Source of the DNA: an uncultured delta proteobacterium
GTDB taxonomy: Bacteria > Desulfobacterota > Binatia > UBA9968
Length of the DNA: 64,000 nucleotides
Direction of reading: 5' to 3'
Assembly: GCA_963745035.1 (NCBI GenBank)
Contig: CAVUVW010000010.1
Span: 64,001-128,000 of the forward strand
The notes under the pieces were generated by a model. It was given only the letters and a program-made list of their open reading frames with translations. It was not told where the DNA came from and ran no database searches. Positions 37,659 through 47,972 of this stretch are shown one piece after another (position 1 is the stretch's first letter; each line of letters starts with the position of its first letter). The position numbers and the translations under genes were made by a program.

Positions 37659-39007
37659 ATGCGCTACACTCCGCACACGGCAGCCGACCAGGAGCGCATG
37701 CTCCACGCCATCGGTCTGGATGCGATCGATGATCTCTACCGTCATGTTCCCAAATCGCTGCGGGAGCGCGCCAAAATTCATCTGCCCGACGGGCTGAGCG
37801 AACTGGCGGTGCGCAAGCGCCTGGCGGCTTTTGCCGCGCAGAACGCCACGGCGGCGGACTGGAGCCTGTTTCTCGGCGGCGGGATCTACAACCATTTCAT
37901 TCCGAGCGCGGTGGACGCGGTCATTTCCCGCTCGGAGTTCTCGACTTCGTATACGCCGTATCAGCCGGAGGTGAGTCAGGGCACGTTGCAGGCGCTGTTC
38001 GAGTACCAGACGCTGATCTGCCAGCTCACCGGCATGGAAGTTTCCAATGCCGCGGTATACGACGGCGCGTCGGCGGCCGCCGAGGCGGTGCTGATGTCGC
38101 GGCGAATTCAACCGTCGAGCCGCCGCCGCGTGCTGCTTTCCCGGGCGCTTCATCCGCAGTATCGCGCCGTGGTCCGCGTCGTATTTGAAAAATCTCACCG
38201 ACGTTGTCCTCGAAGAAGTTGCCTTCGACGCCGGCGGGATGACCGACCCGGCTCGTCTGGCGGAGCGGCTCGACGATCGCGCGATGTGCGTCGTCGTCGG
38301 CTACCCGAACTTCTTCGGCGTCGTCGAGGACCTCGCGCCGGTGCAATCCGCCTGCGCCACCGCCGGCGCCCAACTGATTTCCGTCACCACCGAGCCCTTG
38401 TCGCTGGGCATGCTCAAGCCGCCGGGCGAATTCGGCGTCGATATCGCCGTCGGGAGAAGGCCAGAGTTTGGGCGTGCCGATGAATCTCGGCGGGCCCGCT
38501 TTCGGCTTTTTCGCCTGTCAAAAGAAATTTGTCCGCAACATTCCCGGACGGCTCGTCGGCGAAACCGTCGACAGCGACGGCCGGCGGGGTTTCGTCTTGA
38601 CCCTCGCCACGCGCGAGCAGCATATCCGGCGCGAAAAAGCGACGTCGAATATCTGCACGAGCCAGACGCTCTGCGCTCTCGGCGCAACCGTGTTCATGGC
38701 GCTGCTGGGCAAGAGCGGCATGCGCCGGCTCGCCGAGATCAATCTCGCGCGCGCGCACCGGGCGCGCGCGCAGCTCGTCGGCGACGCCGGTTTGTCCGAG
38801 GTTTTTCCCGGTCCTTTTTTCAACGAATTCGTCGTGCGCGCGCCGAACCTCAAGCAGCTTCTGGCCAAGTGCGCCGCGGAGAAAATGATCCCCGGCATCG
38901 AACTAGCAAAATGGTACCCGGAGCTGAGCGATTGCCTGCTCGTCTGCGTGACCGAAATGAACGAGCAAGAGGAGATCGATCGACTTGTCCGAATCATCCG
39001 CGACTAG
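37659..39007 (+). CDS. gcvPA: Glycine dehydrogenase subunit 1 (2 frameshifts)
   Basis: YTPYQPEVSQG, YDGASA, REQHIRREKATSNICT across three frames. Confidence 0.93.
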
Positions 39008-40476
39008 GCAGCCCGCGCCCGCGGCCGAGCCAAAGCTGCTCTTCGAGAGCGGCTCGCCGGGCCGCAGCGCGTTTTTCTGGCCGGAAGAGGCCGGCGGCCG
39101 ATGCCGTTCCGGCGGCGCTGCTGCGCTCGGAGATCGCCGGATTCCCCGAGTTGGGCGAGCTGGAAACCCTCCGGCATTTCACCCGGCTGTCGCAGCGAAA
39201 CTTCGCCATCGAGAGCCAATTCTATCCGCTCGGCTCGTGCACGATGAAATACAATCCCAAGATCAACGAAGTCGTCGCGCGCCTGCCGGGGTTCGCGCAG
39301 GTCCATCCGATGGCGCCCGCCGATCGATTGCAGGGCGCGCTGGCGCTGCTCTTCGAGCTCGAGCGCATGTTGGCGGAGATCAGCGGCATGGAGCAGGTGA
39401 GCCTGCAGCCGTCGGCCGGCGCGCAGGGCGAGCTCACCGGCTTGATGCTGATCCGCGCCTGCCTGACGGATCGGGGCAATCCGCGCAAGAAAATTATCGT
39501 TCCCGACACCGCGCACGGCACCAATCCGGCGAGCTCGACCTTGTGCGGCTACGAGGTCGTGCAGATTTCTTCCACCGAGCGCGGCGTGATCGATGCCGCG
39601 GCCGTGGCGGCGGCCATGGACGAAGAGGTCGCCGCGTTGATGATCACCAATCCGAACACGCTCGGGCTGTTCGAAACCAACATCGAAGCCATCGCCGCAG
39701 CGGTTCACGCGCGCGGCGGCATGGTCTATCTCGACGGCGCCAACCTGAACGCGCTCATGGGGATTGCCAAGCCGGGACACATGGGCGTCGACGTGCTGCA
39801 CATGAACCTGCACAAGACGTTTTCCACGCCGCACGGCGGCGGCGGTCCGGGAGCCGGCCCGGTGGCGGTCAAAAACCATTTGGCCGCCTATCTGCCGGTG
39901 CCGCGCGTCGTCCAAGCCGGCGAGCGCTTCGCGTTGCAAGAAGATTGTGACAAATCGATCGGCCGCGTGCGCTCGTTCTTCGGTAACTTCGGCGTGCTCG
40001 TGCGCGCCTACGCTTATATTCTCTCGCTCGGCGGCGACGGGCTGGAGGAGGTGAGCCGGATGGCGCTGCTCAACGCCAACTATATCCGCAAGAAATTGGA
40101 AAAGACCTACCAGCTCGCCTACAACGAGCCGTGCATGCACGAGTGCATCTTCACCGACCGCGCGCAACAGAAACAGGGCGTGAGCACCCTCGACATCGCC
40201 AAGCGCTTGCTCGACTACGGCTACCATCCGCCGACAATTTATTTCCCGCTGGTTGTTTCCGGCGCGCTCATGATCGAGCCGACGGAGACCGAGACGAGCG
40301 AAACTCTCGACGGCTTTATCGAGGCGATGGTCGCCATCGCCCAGGAGGCGAAAACCGACCCCGCGCTGGTCAAAACCGCGCCGCATACAACACCGGTCAA
40401 ACGGCTCGACGAAGCGCGCGCGGCAAGAAAACCCGTGCTTCGGTGGGAGCCGCGCTCACCTTCCGGAGAGTCTTAG
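38985..40476 (+). CDS. gcvPB: Glycine dehydrogenase subunit 2 (frameshift near 39090)
   Basis: LGSCTMKYNP, AHGTNPAS, NLHKTFSTPHGGGGPG (PLP Lys), MIEPTETE. Confidence 0.93.
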
Positions 40477-40575
40477 ATTTTTCCATGCAGATGGAACCCG
40501 ACAACCGCGGTTAACAATGACTTGCCCCGCGGAGGCCGAGCCAACTTACGACTGCGCAAACCGGGTTGAAACGCG

Positions 40576-41367
40576 TCAGCGGACGATCTGATAGTTGACG
40601 CGATTGTCGTGATACTCCATCGCGGCCAAAATCGACAGCGGGTTCGGCTTTACCCACGGTGGAATGGGCGGAAACGGGGCCGCGGCTTTGATGGCTCGCA
40701 GGGCCTCGTCGTCCAAGAGCTGGGAGCCGGAGGAGCGGATGACCCGCGCGCGTTCGAGCTGGCCATGGGGGCCGATGGTGAATTCCAGCGAGAGCTTGCC
40801 TTGCAGGCCATAGCGGAGCGCCAACTCGGGATATTCCCAGTTGGCCTCGATCAGTTGCTTGATCTTGGTGAAATAGCTGACATAGATCGGGTCGTTCGTG
40901 TTGAGCCTGACCGGAGCGTCGCTGCTCGAGCGGGATGACCCGCTCGCCGGCGGCAATAGCTCTTTGATCGTCGGCAAGGGCCGCTCGGCGACGATGCTCC
41001 GCTCGGGCACGACTTCACGCGGCGCTGGAGACGGCTGCGGCGGTGCGGGAGGCGGCGGTTCGGCAGGCTCGATAGCTTCGCGCTTTGCTCGCTGTGTATT
41101 CTGCGCCGGATCCGCTTTCGTCCGCGGTCTGGGCGAATCCTTTTTGGCAATAATGGCGGGAAGATCGCGCGCACGAGCGGGTGGTGTTTTCGGCGCCCGC
41201 GGCACCGGCGGCGATTCTCTTTCCGGAGGCGGCAGAATGGAAACCGGAATGATTTCCGGCGCGCTGCCGCTGCGCAGGTGGCGCGGATAAGCCATCAGAA
41301 ACACGATGCCGTGGAGCGCGATGGATACCGCAAAAAAGCGCAGATAGGATAGGTTCCGCAGCGCCAT
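40576..41367 (-). CDS. TonB-family energy transducer
   Basis: TM helix with SIALH, Pro-rich linker, YP..A...G.QG, SSG...LD..A..AI..AAPFPP. Confidence 0.85.
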   Translation of the reverse strand: MALRNLSYLRFFAVSIALHGIVFLMAYPRHLRSGSAPEIIPVSILPPPERESPPVPRAPKTPPARARDLPAIIAKKDSPRPRTKADPAQNTQRAKREAIEPAEPPPPAPPQPSPAPREVVPERSIVAERPLPTIKELLPPASGSSRSSSDAPVRLNTNDPIYVSYFTKIKQLIEANWEYPELALRYGLQGKLSLEFTIGPHGQLERARVIRSSGSQLLDDEALRAIKAAAPFPPIPPWVKPNPLSILAAMEYHDNRVNYQIVR

Positions 41368-41450
41368 GATTGTATGATATATGCTCACGTAGGCGGGCGG
41401 AAGAGAAGCGCGGATCGCGATCTCATCGTCTCGCCGCGACAGGAGGTTGC

Positions 41451-41630
41451 ATGTTTGGCTTCGGTATCGGCGAGCTGCTGATTGTCCTGGTGATCGTCGT
41501 CGTTCTCTTCAGCCGGCGCTTGCCCGATCTCGGCGAGGGGCTGGGCAAGAGCATCAAGAAGTTTCGTAGAGCGGTGAACGATTCCGACGAAATTGACGTC
41601 ACGCCGAAGAAAGATTCCCAGGATCGCTAA
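41451..41630 (+). CDS. tatA: Twin-arginine translocase TatA/E subunit
   Basis: MFGFGIGELLIVLVIVVVLF..RLPDLGEGLGKSIKKFR; AGGAGG RBS. Confidence 0.92.
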   Translation: MFGFGIGELLIVLVIVVVLFSRRLPDLGEGLGKSIKKFRRAVNDSDEIDVTPKKDSQDR

Positions 41631-41645
41631 AGTTCCCGACCGCGA

Positions 41646-42695
41646 TTAGATCGCGCCTTCAGCCGCCAGTACCTCGCAGCTAAACGCCTTGGCGCTCTTC
41701 GCGGATTTCAAGAAAACAATCGTAAACGACATCGAATCGCCGGGCGGGATTTCGAAAGTCTTGAGCGGCTTGAGGTCCTGCAAATGCGGTATGTCTTCGA
41801 TGGTCATGCCGCGAATGATCTTCGGCGACATCGTGTTGCCGACCCAGATGGTCTGTCGCTCGATCTCCTTGCCTTCCTCGTTGTACGTGATGCCGGAGAG
41901 CTGAATTTCCCGCACCACTTCAGCGTTCTGATTGAGCGCGACGCCGCTGATCAGGAATACCTCGCGATTGCCCTGAATGGTCTGATAGCCGGAGCGCAAC
42001 GATTGCACCAGGATGCCTTCGCGCAAGTGGTTGTTGCGCAGTACCGACCTGCCGATCAGCGGAATTCTCCGGATGATCTCCTCCGAGGTCTGCGGATTCG
42101 CATAGCTGATGACCGAGAAGAGCGTAAAGCCGATGATCAACAGACAAAAAAGCGAGACAAAGGGCAGGATCGACGCTCGTTGGTCACGATACGAAGCGAT
42201 GGCCAGAATGTTGTTGGCGTCCTCGGGCTCTTCGCGGGCTTCGGTTTTCGAGAAAAACGGATCGTTGTCGGGAAAATCCTCGGCGCCGTCGATGATCTTG
42301 CGCAATGCGATCGGCGGATCTTTCTCCGGTAGAACAAAATCCCCCTCGCTCCCGCCGGCGGCTCCGTGGATCGACCAATCATCGCCGGCGTCCAAGCGAG
42401 TTTCACTTGATTCGTGCTCGTGCAGCGGCGGCTGGGCCGGGTTGTGCTCCGCGTTCTTGTCCGGGGAAAGATCGTCCCTGGCGTCGAACGGCAGGCTCAG
42501 CTCTTCGTCGCCGGCTGCGGTTGCGGCCCACGATTCCGCCGGCAGTGCCGCTTCGGGCGCGGGTTCCTGCGCGCTTTGCGACTCCGGCTCAAACGTATGT
42601 TTGCACCGCGAGCAGCGAAACGCCGGCGCCATACCCTTCAGGAGCTCGTCGGAAACTTTGTACGTCGTGCGGCATTTCGGGCAACGAACCAGCAT
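41646..42695 (-). CDS. Zinc-ribbon (MJ0042-type) plus DUF3426 membrane protein
   Basis: CPKC...CSRC, acidic linker, one TM helix, C-terminal PPG...FTIVF domain. Confidence 0.8.
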   Translation of the reverse strand: MLVRCPKCRTTYKVSDELLKGMAPAFRCSRCKHTFEPESQSAQEPAPEAALPAESWAATAAGDEELSLPFDARDDLSPDKNAEHNPAQPPLHEHESSETRLDAGDDWSIHGAAGGSEGDFVLPEKDPPIALRKIIDGAEDFPDNDPFFSKTEAREEPEDANNILAIASYRDQRASILPFVSLFCLLIIGFTLFSVISYANPQTSEEIIRRIPLIGRSVLRNNHLREGILVQSLRSGYQTIQGNREVFLISGVALNQNAEVVREIQLSGITYNEEGKEIERQTIWVGNTMSPKIIRGMTIEDIPHLQDLKPLKTFEIPPGDSMSFTIVFLKSAKSAKAFSCEVLAAEGAI

Positions 42696-42852
42696 GGAAG
42701 ATCTTTCTATGACCTGCGGGGAGGCGCTCAATACTTAAGAGAATCAAGGTGATCTTAGAGGAATTCGCGAAAACGTCAAGGTTTCGTGCTAGTAAGTGCT
42801 TTTGCGCTCTGAATAAACCCAATTTTTGTGGCGTCTAAAGGACAGGATCACC

Positions 42853-43407
42853 GTGGAGCCGAGTGACTGGGAGCTAGTTCAAAAGTGCCAATCCGGGGAG
42901 ATGAGCGCTTTTCAGGAGCTGGTGTCCCGCTACCATCAGAAAGTTTATCTGGTGATTCTGGGATTGTTACGAAATCGTGAAGACGCGCTGGAAGTGGCCC
43001 AGGAAACGTTTTTGCGAGCGTATCGAAAAATCGGCGGCTTCCAAGGCGGCTCTTCGTTTTACACATGGATCTATCGCATCGGCGTCAACCTTGCCATCGA
43101 CGCCCAGCGCCGGCAAAAGCGCAATCCGCTGGATTTTCGCGACAGCATGGATGGCGTTTTCGAATCGCAGAACGAAGTGGCGCGGGATCCGTTCGCCGAG
43201 GAGCACGATCGGGAGCTACGTGAAGGCTTGATCAAGGCGATCAATGATTTGACACCTGAACACAAAGCCGTCATCGTGCTGAGAACCGTCGAAGGACTTT
43301 CTTACAAAGAAATCGCCGCGATTCTCGGCTGCTCGGAAGGCACGGTGATGAGCCGGCTTCACTACGCGCGGAAAAAATTGCAAGAGAAGTTGAGTCCGTT
43401 TTTATGA
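42853..43407 (+). CDS. ECF sigma-70 factor (RpoE-like)
   Basis: AFQELVSRY, QETF, SFYTWIYRI, GLSYKEIA, GTVMSRLHYAR. Confidence 0.93.
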   Translation: MEPSDWELVQKCQSGEMSAFQELVSRYHQKVYLVILGLLRNREDALEVAQETFLRAYRKIGGFQGGSSFYTWIYRIGVNLAIDAQRRQKRNPLDFRDSMDGVFESQNEVARDPFAEEHDRELREGLIKAINDLTPEHKAVIVLRTVEGLSYKEIAAILGCSEGTVMSRLHYARKKLQEKLSPFL

Positions 43408-43937
43408 ACGAGTGTGAAAGCATCGAGCCGTTTATAGAGCGCTGGCTTGACGGCGAACTAAGCGGCGCCGAGAATGAACGGGTGCGCGGTCATGTGGACG
43501 GCTGCGCAAACTGCCGCGCGGCGCAGCGCCGGCTGGAACACATCGGCCACGCCCTCAACCGCGCGCTCGTCGCCGATGCTCCGAAGATCGAGCTCGCGCC
43601 TTTCTGGCGTGAGATCGATCGGCGCATTCATGAGAAGACGCCGTGGCATCAGGAACTCGTGGAGCGGGCGCGCGTCTGGATCGCCGCACCGAGAGCGGCT
43701 TGGGCGGTGCCCGCGCTGATCGCCGTGTTGATCGGGATACTTTCCTACGAGTGGTATTTTCCTGGGGCAAGGTCGCGCAACAATCTCGCGACCGTGGAAT
43801 CGATCGACTCGTATGGGCGCAGTGTCGCACTGCTGCGCGAAGACGAGAGCAAAACGACGGTTATCTGGCTGTACCAAAATCCCGAGGATGATGATGAAGC
43901 TGCTGAAGAAACTCCCCAGCCGAGTCCTGCTTTTTAG
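43404..43937 (+). CDS. zf-HC2 anti-sigma factor
   Basis: C...LDGEL....HVDGCANC, one TM helix, 4-nt overlap with the sigma gene. Confidence 0.88.
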   Translation: MNECESIEPFIERWLDGELSGAENERVRGHVDGCANCRAAQRRLEHIGHALNRALVADAPKIELAPFWREIDRRIHEKTPWHQELVERARVWIAAPRAAWAVPALIAVLIGILSYEWYFPGARSRNNLATVESIDSYGRSVALLREDESKTTVIWLYQNPEDDDEAAEETPQPSPAF

Positions 43938-44358
43938 CTGGCTGACTCTTGCCGCCGGAATGCTTTGTGCGGCGGAAAAACAGCCGCAATCGGTTCAAGT
44001 GAGCATCGGAACGATCCTGGCAAGCAATCAGAGCGATGAATTCGACGCTAAGCTCAAGGGGATGGAAAACCAGCTCAGAGTGCTGAAATATCGCTCTTAT
44101 CGCCTGCTCAAAAGCGAGAGTCAAACCGTGCCCTGGCGAGGCGAGAGGGTTTTCGAGATTCCCGGCGGCCGTTCTCTGACCGTCACGCCGCAAGAATTTC
44201 AAGACAATCGGGTTTCGGTGAAGGTTCGCTTGACGCAGGGGCAGAAACCGCTGCTCGACACCACGGTCAAGATACCCAACAAAGGCAATTTCATTCTGGG
44301 CGGGCCGCCCCACGAAGGCGGTGCTCTGGTATTGTCGATCTCCGCCGGGACGGATTAG
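43888..44358 (+). CDS. Hypothetical exported protein
   Basis: Signal-peptide-like N-terminus; third gene of the ECF operon. Confidence 0.7.
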   Translation: MMMKLLKKLPSRVLLFSWLTLAAGMLCAAEKQPQSVQVSIGTILASNQSDEFDAKLKGMENQLRVLKYRSYRLLKSESQTVPWRGERVFEIPGGRSLTVTPQEFQDNRVSVKVRLTQGQKPLLDTTVKIPNKGNFILGGPPHEGGALVLSISAGTD

Positions 44359-44427
44359 CGCGCCGGCGCGTTTTCTCATCTCACCAAAGATCTCACAAGT
44401 AGGGGTAAAGCGGGCCTTCCCTAAAGA

Positions 44428-45432
44428 TCAGATCGCGAATTTCAGATTTCCCACCGCCATCCGATCGCGCCATCCGACCCAGAGATTGGTGGTCAAATAT
44501 TTGTCGCCGAAATCGGGAAAGATGGTGACGATGGTGCCGCGTCGCAGTCTGCGCGCGAGCTTGATCGCGCCGAACAGGGCGGCCCCGGAAGACTGCCCGA
44601 CGAGAATTCCCTCTTCCTGACTCAAGCGATACACCATCGAGTAGGCGTCTTCCGTGGACACCGGCATCTTCTCGTCCAATTCTTCCTCGTGGTAAATCCC
44701 CGGCACGATCGACGTCGCCATGTGCTTCAAGCCTTCGAGACCGTGCAGCGCGTCGTCGGGCTCGACGGCGATGATGCGAATCTCCGGGTTTACTTCCTTC
44801 AAGTAGCGTCCAGTGCCCATCACCGTGCCGCCGGTGCCGATGCCGGCCACGAAGTGAGTCACGGCGCCGCCGGTCTGGCGGTAAATCTCCGGCCCGGTGT
44901 TTTCGTAGTGGGCCTGGGGGTTCATCGGATTGAAATATTGATCGGGCTTAAAATACTTCTCCACGTCGGCTTCAAGAATCTTGCGGCAGAGACGGATCGC
45001 GCCGTCCGACCCCTCCATCGGATCGCTATAAGTGACTTTGGCGCCGTAGGCGTCGATGATCCGCTTACGCTCGGCGCTGACGTTGCCGGGCATGACCAAT
45101 TCTACGGGATAGTGGAGCACGCTGCTGCCGATCATCGCCAGGGCGATGCCGGTGTTGCCGGAAGTGGAGTCGAGTATGGTTTTCCCCGGACGCAGCTTCC
45201 CGGTTTTGATTCCTTCTTGCACCATTCTCAAGGCCGGCCGGTCTTTCACCGATCCGCCGGGATTCATGCCCTCCAACTTGGCGTAGATCTTCACATCGGC
45301 AGGTAGGCCCTGGGTGATATTGACGATCTCCAGCAGCGGCGTGTTGCCGATCAAGTCGAGGATCGACTCGACTTTGGCGGGCTCTGCGCCGCGGGCAGGG
45401 ACCAGGCGCAAGTTGGGTGACGTGATGGCCAT
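44428..45432 (-). CDS. cysM: PLP-dependent cysteine synthase family (CysM-like)
   Basis: IGNTPL, NPGGSVKDR, TSGNTG, QYFNP.N..AH, GIGTGGT, GQSSGA, PDFG.KY. Confidence 0.88.
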   Translation of the reverse strand: MAITSPNLRLVPARGAEPAKVESILDLIGNTPLLEIVNITQGLPADVKIYAKLEGMNPGGSVKDRPALRMVQEGIKTGKLRPGKTILDSTSGNTGIALAMIGSSVLHYPVELVMPGNVSAERKRIIDAYGAKVTYSDPMEGSDGAIRLCRKILEADVEKYFKPDQYFNPMNPQAHYENTGPEIYRQTGGAVTHFVAGIGTGGTVMGTGRYLKEVNPEIRIIAVEPDDALHGLEGLKHMATSIVPGIYHEEELDEKMPVSTEDAYSMVYRLSQEEGILVGQSSGAALFGAIKLARRLRRGTIVTIFPDFGDKYLTTNLWVGWRDRMAVGNLKFAI

Positions 45433-45450
45433 TACCGGACTTTGGACCGC

Positions 45451-45729
45451 TCAGCATCCGCCCGCGATCGCCGGCACGATGGAAATGCTGTCGCCTTCTT
45501 TCAACGCCGTTTCCATGTTTTGCAGGAACCGGATGTCGTCGCCGTTCACGTACACGTTGACGAAGCGGCGCACTTTGCCGCTCTCGTCGCAGATCCGTTC
45601 TTTGATGCCTGGATAGTTTTTTTCCAGGTCATCGACGAGCGCTTTGACGCTGGCGCCTTGGCCGTCGACCTCATCGACGCCTTGGGTGAATTTTCTCAGT
45701 GGTGTGGGGACGCGAACTCGCACCGACAT
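45451..45729 (-). CDS. MoaD/ThiS/CysO-family sulfur carrier, C-terminus GG-C
   Basis: VPTPLR, FVNVYVN, IVPAIAGGC*; AGGAGG RBS. Confidence 0.93.
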   Translation of the reverse strand: MSVRVRVPTPLRKFTQGVDEVDGQGASVKALVDDLEKNYPGIKERICDESGKVRRFVNVYVNGDDIRFLQNMETALKEGDSISIVPAIAGGC

Positions 45730-45833
45730 ACAATCCTCCTCAAATGAACTCGATTTAGAATAGTCCGCTGATTCAAGGCGCGCAAGACGGAGTCGCGCGA
45801 CTGTACCATTCATCCCGGCCGCTTGATCTCGCT

Positions 45834-47096
45834 CTAGCCCGCGGCCGCCCGACGCGAAGCCGCCGGCGTCAGCTCGCGAAACAAGTCGTCGAATTTGTCC
45901 AGCGCCGCCGCGATCGTGTACGGCTTTTCGACGCTTCCCGCCACCGCTTCCAAGGTCTTGTAACCGTTGCCGGTGATGCTGATGACGATCGATTCATCGC
46001 GCGGAATGCGGCCGCTGTCGATCAACTTCTTCGTCACGGCTACTTCGGTGCCGCCGGCGGGCTCGGTAAAGATCCCTTCGGTGCGGGCGAGCAGCTTGAT
46101 GCCTTCGAGAATCTCCTCGTCGGTGACGCTCTCGCCCCAGCCGCCGGAGTCCTTCACCGCCTGGATCACGTAGTAGCCGTCGGCTGGGTTGCCGATCGCG
46201 ATGGAGCTCGCGATGGTGTTGGGCTTGACCGGATTCACGACGTCGGTGCCCCGGTGCAGCGCCTCGATGATCGGCGCGCAGCCCGCCGCTTGCGCCGAAT
46301 AGATTTTACAGCCGGTGTCTTCGACCAGCCCGACTTTGACCAGCTCGCCGAACCCCTTGGCTAGCTTTGGCAGGATTGTGCCGCCCGCCGAGGCGACCAC
46401 GATATGCCGCGGCAGCTTCCATCCCAGTTGCTCGGCGATTTCGAATCCGTGGGTCTTGGCGCCTTCGGAATAGTACGGCCGCAGGTTTACGTTGACGAAC
46501 GCCCAGCCGTATTTGTCGCCGATTTCGCTGCACAGCCGGTTCACGTCGTCGTAGTTGCCCTTGACGGCGACGGTCTTGGGGCCGTAGATCGCCGAGCCAA
46601 TAATTTTTCCCTGCTCGAGGCCGTCGGGGATAAACACGTAGCATTCGAGTCCCGCGCGCGCGGCGTGCGCCGCCACCGAGTTCGCCAGGTTGCCCGTCGA
46701 AGCGCAGGACACGGTATCGAAGCCGAACTCGATCGCTTTGGAAATTGCCACCGCTACCACCCGATCTTTGTACGAGAAGCTTGGATGATTGACGGAGTCG
46801 TCCTTGACGTAGAGTTCGCTGACGCCGAGGGCCTCGCCAAGTCGGTGGGCGCGGACCAGCGGGGTAAAACCGGAATACAATCCGACCTTCGGCTCGCCGT
46901 CGATCGGCAACAGCTCGTGATACCGCCACAGATTGCGCGCGCGTCCGGCGATCGCTTCGCGATCGATATTTTTTTTGATCGCCGCGTAGTCGTACTGGAT
47001 TTCCAGCGGACCGAAGCAGACGTCGCAGACGTGCAGCGGCTCCTGCGGATATTGCTTGCCGCACTCCCGGCATTGCAGTCCTGTGACAAAACTCAT
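45834..47096 (-). CDS. thrC: Threonine synthase-like PLP enzyme (possibly an O-phosphohomoserine sulfur-transferring paralog)
   Basis: N-terminal CRECG..CDVC, SFSYKDR, ASTGN, GNYDD, EGAKT, TGNGYK. Confidence 0.85.
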   Translation of the reverse strand: MSFVTGLQCRECGKQYPQEPLHVCDVCFGPLEIQYDYAAIKKNIDREAIAGRARNLWRYHELLPIDGEPKVGLYSGFTPLVRAHRLGEALGVSELYVKDDSVNHPSFSYKDRVVAVAISKAIEFGFDTVSCASTGNLANSVAAHAARAGLECYVFIPDGLEQGKIIGSAIYGPKTVAVKGNYDDVNRLCSEIGDKYGWAFVNVNLRPYYSEGAKTHGFEIAEQLGWKLPRHIVVASAGGTILPKLAKGFGELVKVGLVEDTGCKIYSAQAAGCAPIIEALHRGTDVVNPVKPNTIASSIAIGNPADGYYVIQAVKDSGGWGESVTDEEILEGIKLLARTEGIFTEPAGGTEVAVTKKLIDSGRIPRDESIVISITGNGYKTLEAVAGSVEKPYTIAAALDKFDDLFRELTPAASRRAAAG

Positions 47097-47911
47097 GAAA
47101 TTTCTTTTTCTGGCGCGTCAAGCCCGGCGGGCGCCGTCGACCGGGAGGCGCCCTCGTCGCCGCAGGCGGCGCAGTTGCGACTTCTAGTTACTTCCACGGT
47201 GTGAAATTTCATTCGCTTGGCGTCGTAGGTGAGCAGCCGGTCGGTGAGCAGTCCCTCTTCGAAGCCCGCGAGATATTTGATCGCTTCGGTCGCCTGGATC
47301 GTACCGAGCGTCCCGGCCACGGCACCGAGAATGCCGGACTGCTGACAGTTGAGAATTTCCTCCGGCGGCGGCGGCGTCTGAAACAGGCAGCGGTAACAGG
47401 CGGTTTGACGCGGCAGCACGGTCATAGTCTGACCCTGCAAACGCACGATGCCGGCGTGAGAGAAGGCGATACCGAGACGAATGGCGATATCGTTGATGAG
47501 AAATTTCGTGTCGAAGTTGTCGCTGCCGTCGACGATAAAATTGTAACCTGCGGCGATCTCCGCGGCGTTGCTCTCTTCGAAGCGCGCGGCGTAGGTTTTG
47601 ATTTCCACGTCGGGATTGAGCTGGTTGAGCTTCGCTTGTGCCGATGCGACCTTTTGGCGGCCGATGTCGGCGGTTGCGTGCAGGATTTGTCTTTGCAGAT
47701 TGGAGAGCTCAACGTTGTCGGGGTCGATGATGCCGAGAGTCCCCACTCCGGCGGCGGCGAGATAGAAGGCCGCGGGCGACCCCAGCCCGCCGGCGCCGAT
47801 CACCAGCACCCGCGCCTGGCGCAAATGGAGTTGCCCTTTGCCGCCGATGTCCGGCACCATGATCTGGCGGCTGTAGCGCTCGATCTGTTCGGTGGTAAGC
47901 CGTGTGTTCAT
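47093..47911 (-). CDS. moeB: MoeB/ThiF-family sulfur-carrier adenylyltransferase
   Basis: RYSRQ, GAGGLG, SNLQRQ, DNF, CYRC, CAAC; no rhodanese domain. Confidence 0.9.
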   Translation of the reverse strand: MNTRLTTEQIERYSRQIMVPDIGGKGQLHLRQARVLVIGAGGLGSPAAFYLAAAGVGTLGIIDPDNVELSNLQRQILHATADIGRQKVASAQAKLNQLNPDVEIKTYAARFEESNAAEIAAGYNFIVDGSDNFDTKFLINDIAIRLGIAFSHAGIVRLQGQTMTVLPRQTACYRCLFQTPPPPEEILNCQQSGILGAVAGTLGTIQATEAIKYLAGFEEGLLTDRLLTYDAKRMKFHTVEVTRSRNCAACGDEGASRSTAPAGLDAPEKEIS

Positions 47912-47921
47912 AGCTCCAGTC

Positions 47922-47960
47922 AAAAAAAAGCCTCTTCTTACATAAGATAAGAAGAGGTTT
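47922..47960 (-). terminator. Intrinsic terminator of the riboswitch expression platform
   Basis: Minus strand aaacctcttctta-tcttatg-taagaagaggc followed by a U-tract. Confidence 0.85.
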
Positions 47961-47972
47961 TAAAAAACCTCA

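Noticed and set aside
38185-40476. 763-aa ORF suggesting a GcvPA-GcvPB fusion
   Set aside because: Produced by frameshifts: a middle piece of gcvPA shares a frame with gcvPB, joined by non-homologous translation; gcvPA has its own stop at 39007
36066-40476. Programmed frameshifting or pseudogenisation of the gcv genes
   Set aside because: No consistent slippery motif, and shifts are scattered through many unrelated genes, so sequencing error is more parsimonious
45451-47911. Molybdopterin or thiamine biosynthesis role for moaD/moeB
   Set aside because: No moaE, moaA or thiG nearby; the SAM riboswitch and PLP sulfur enzymes point to amino-acid sulfur metabolism
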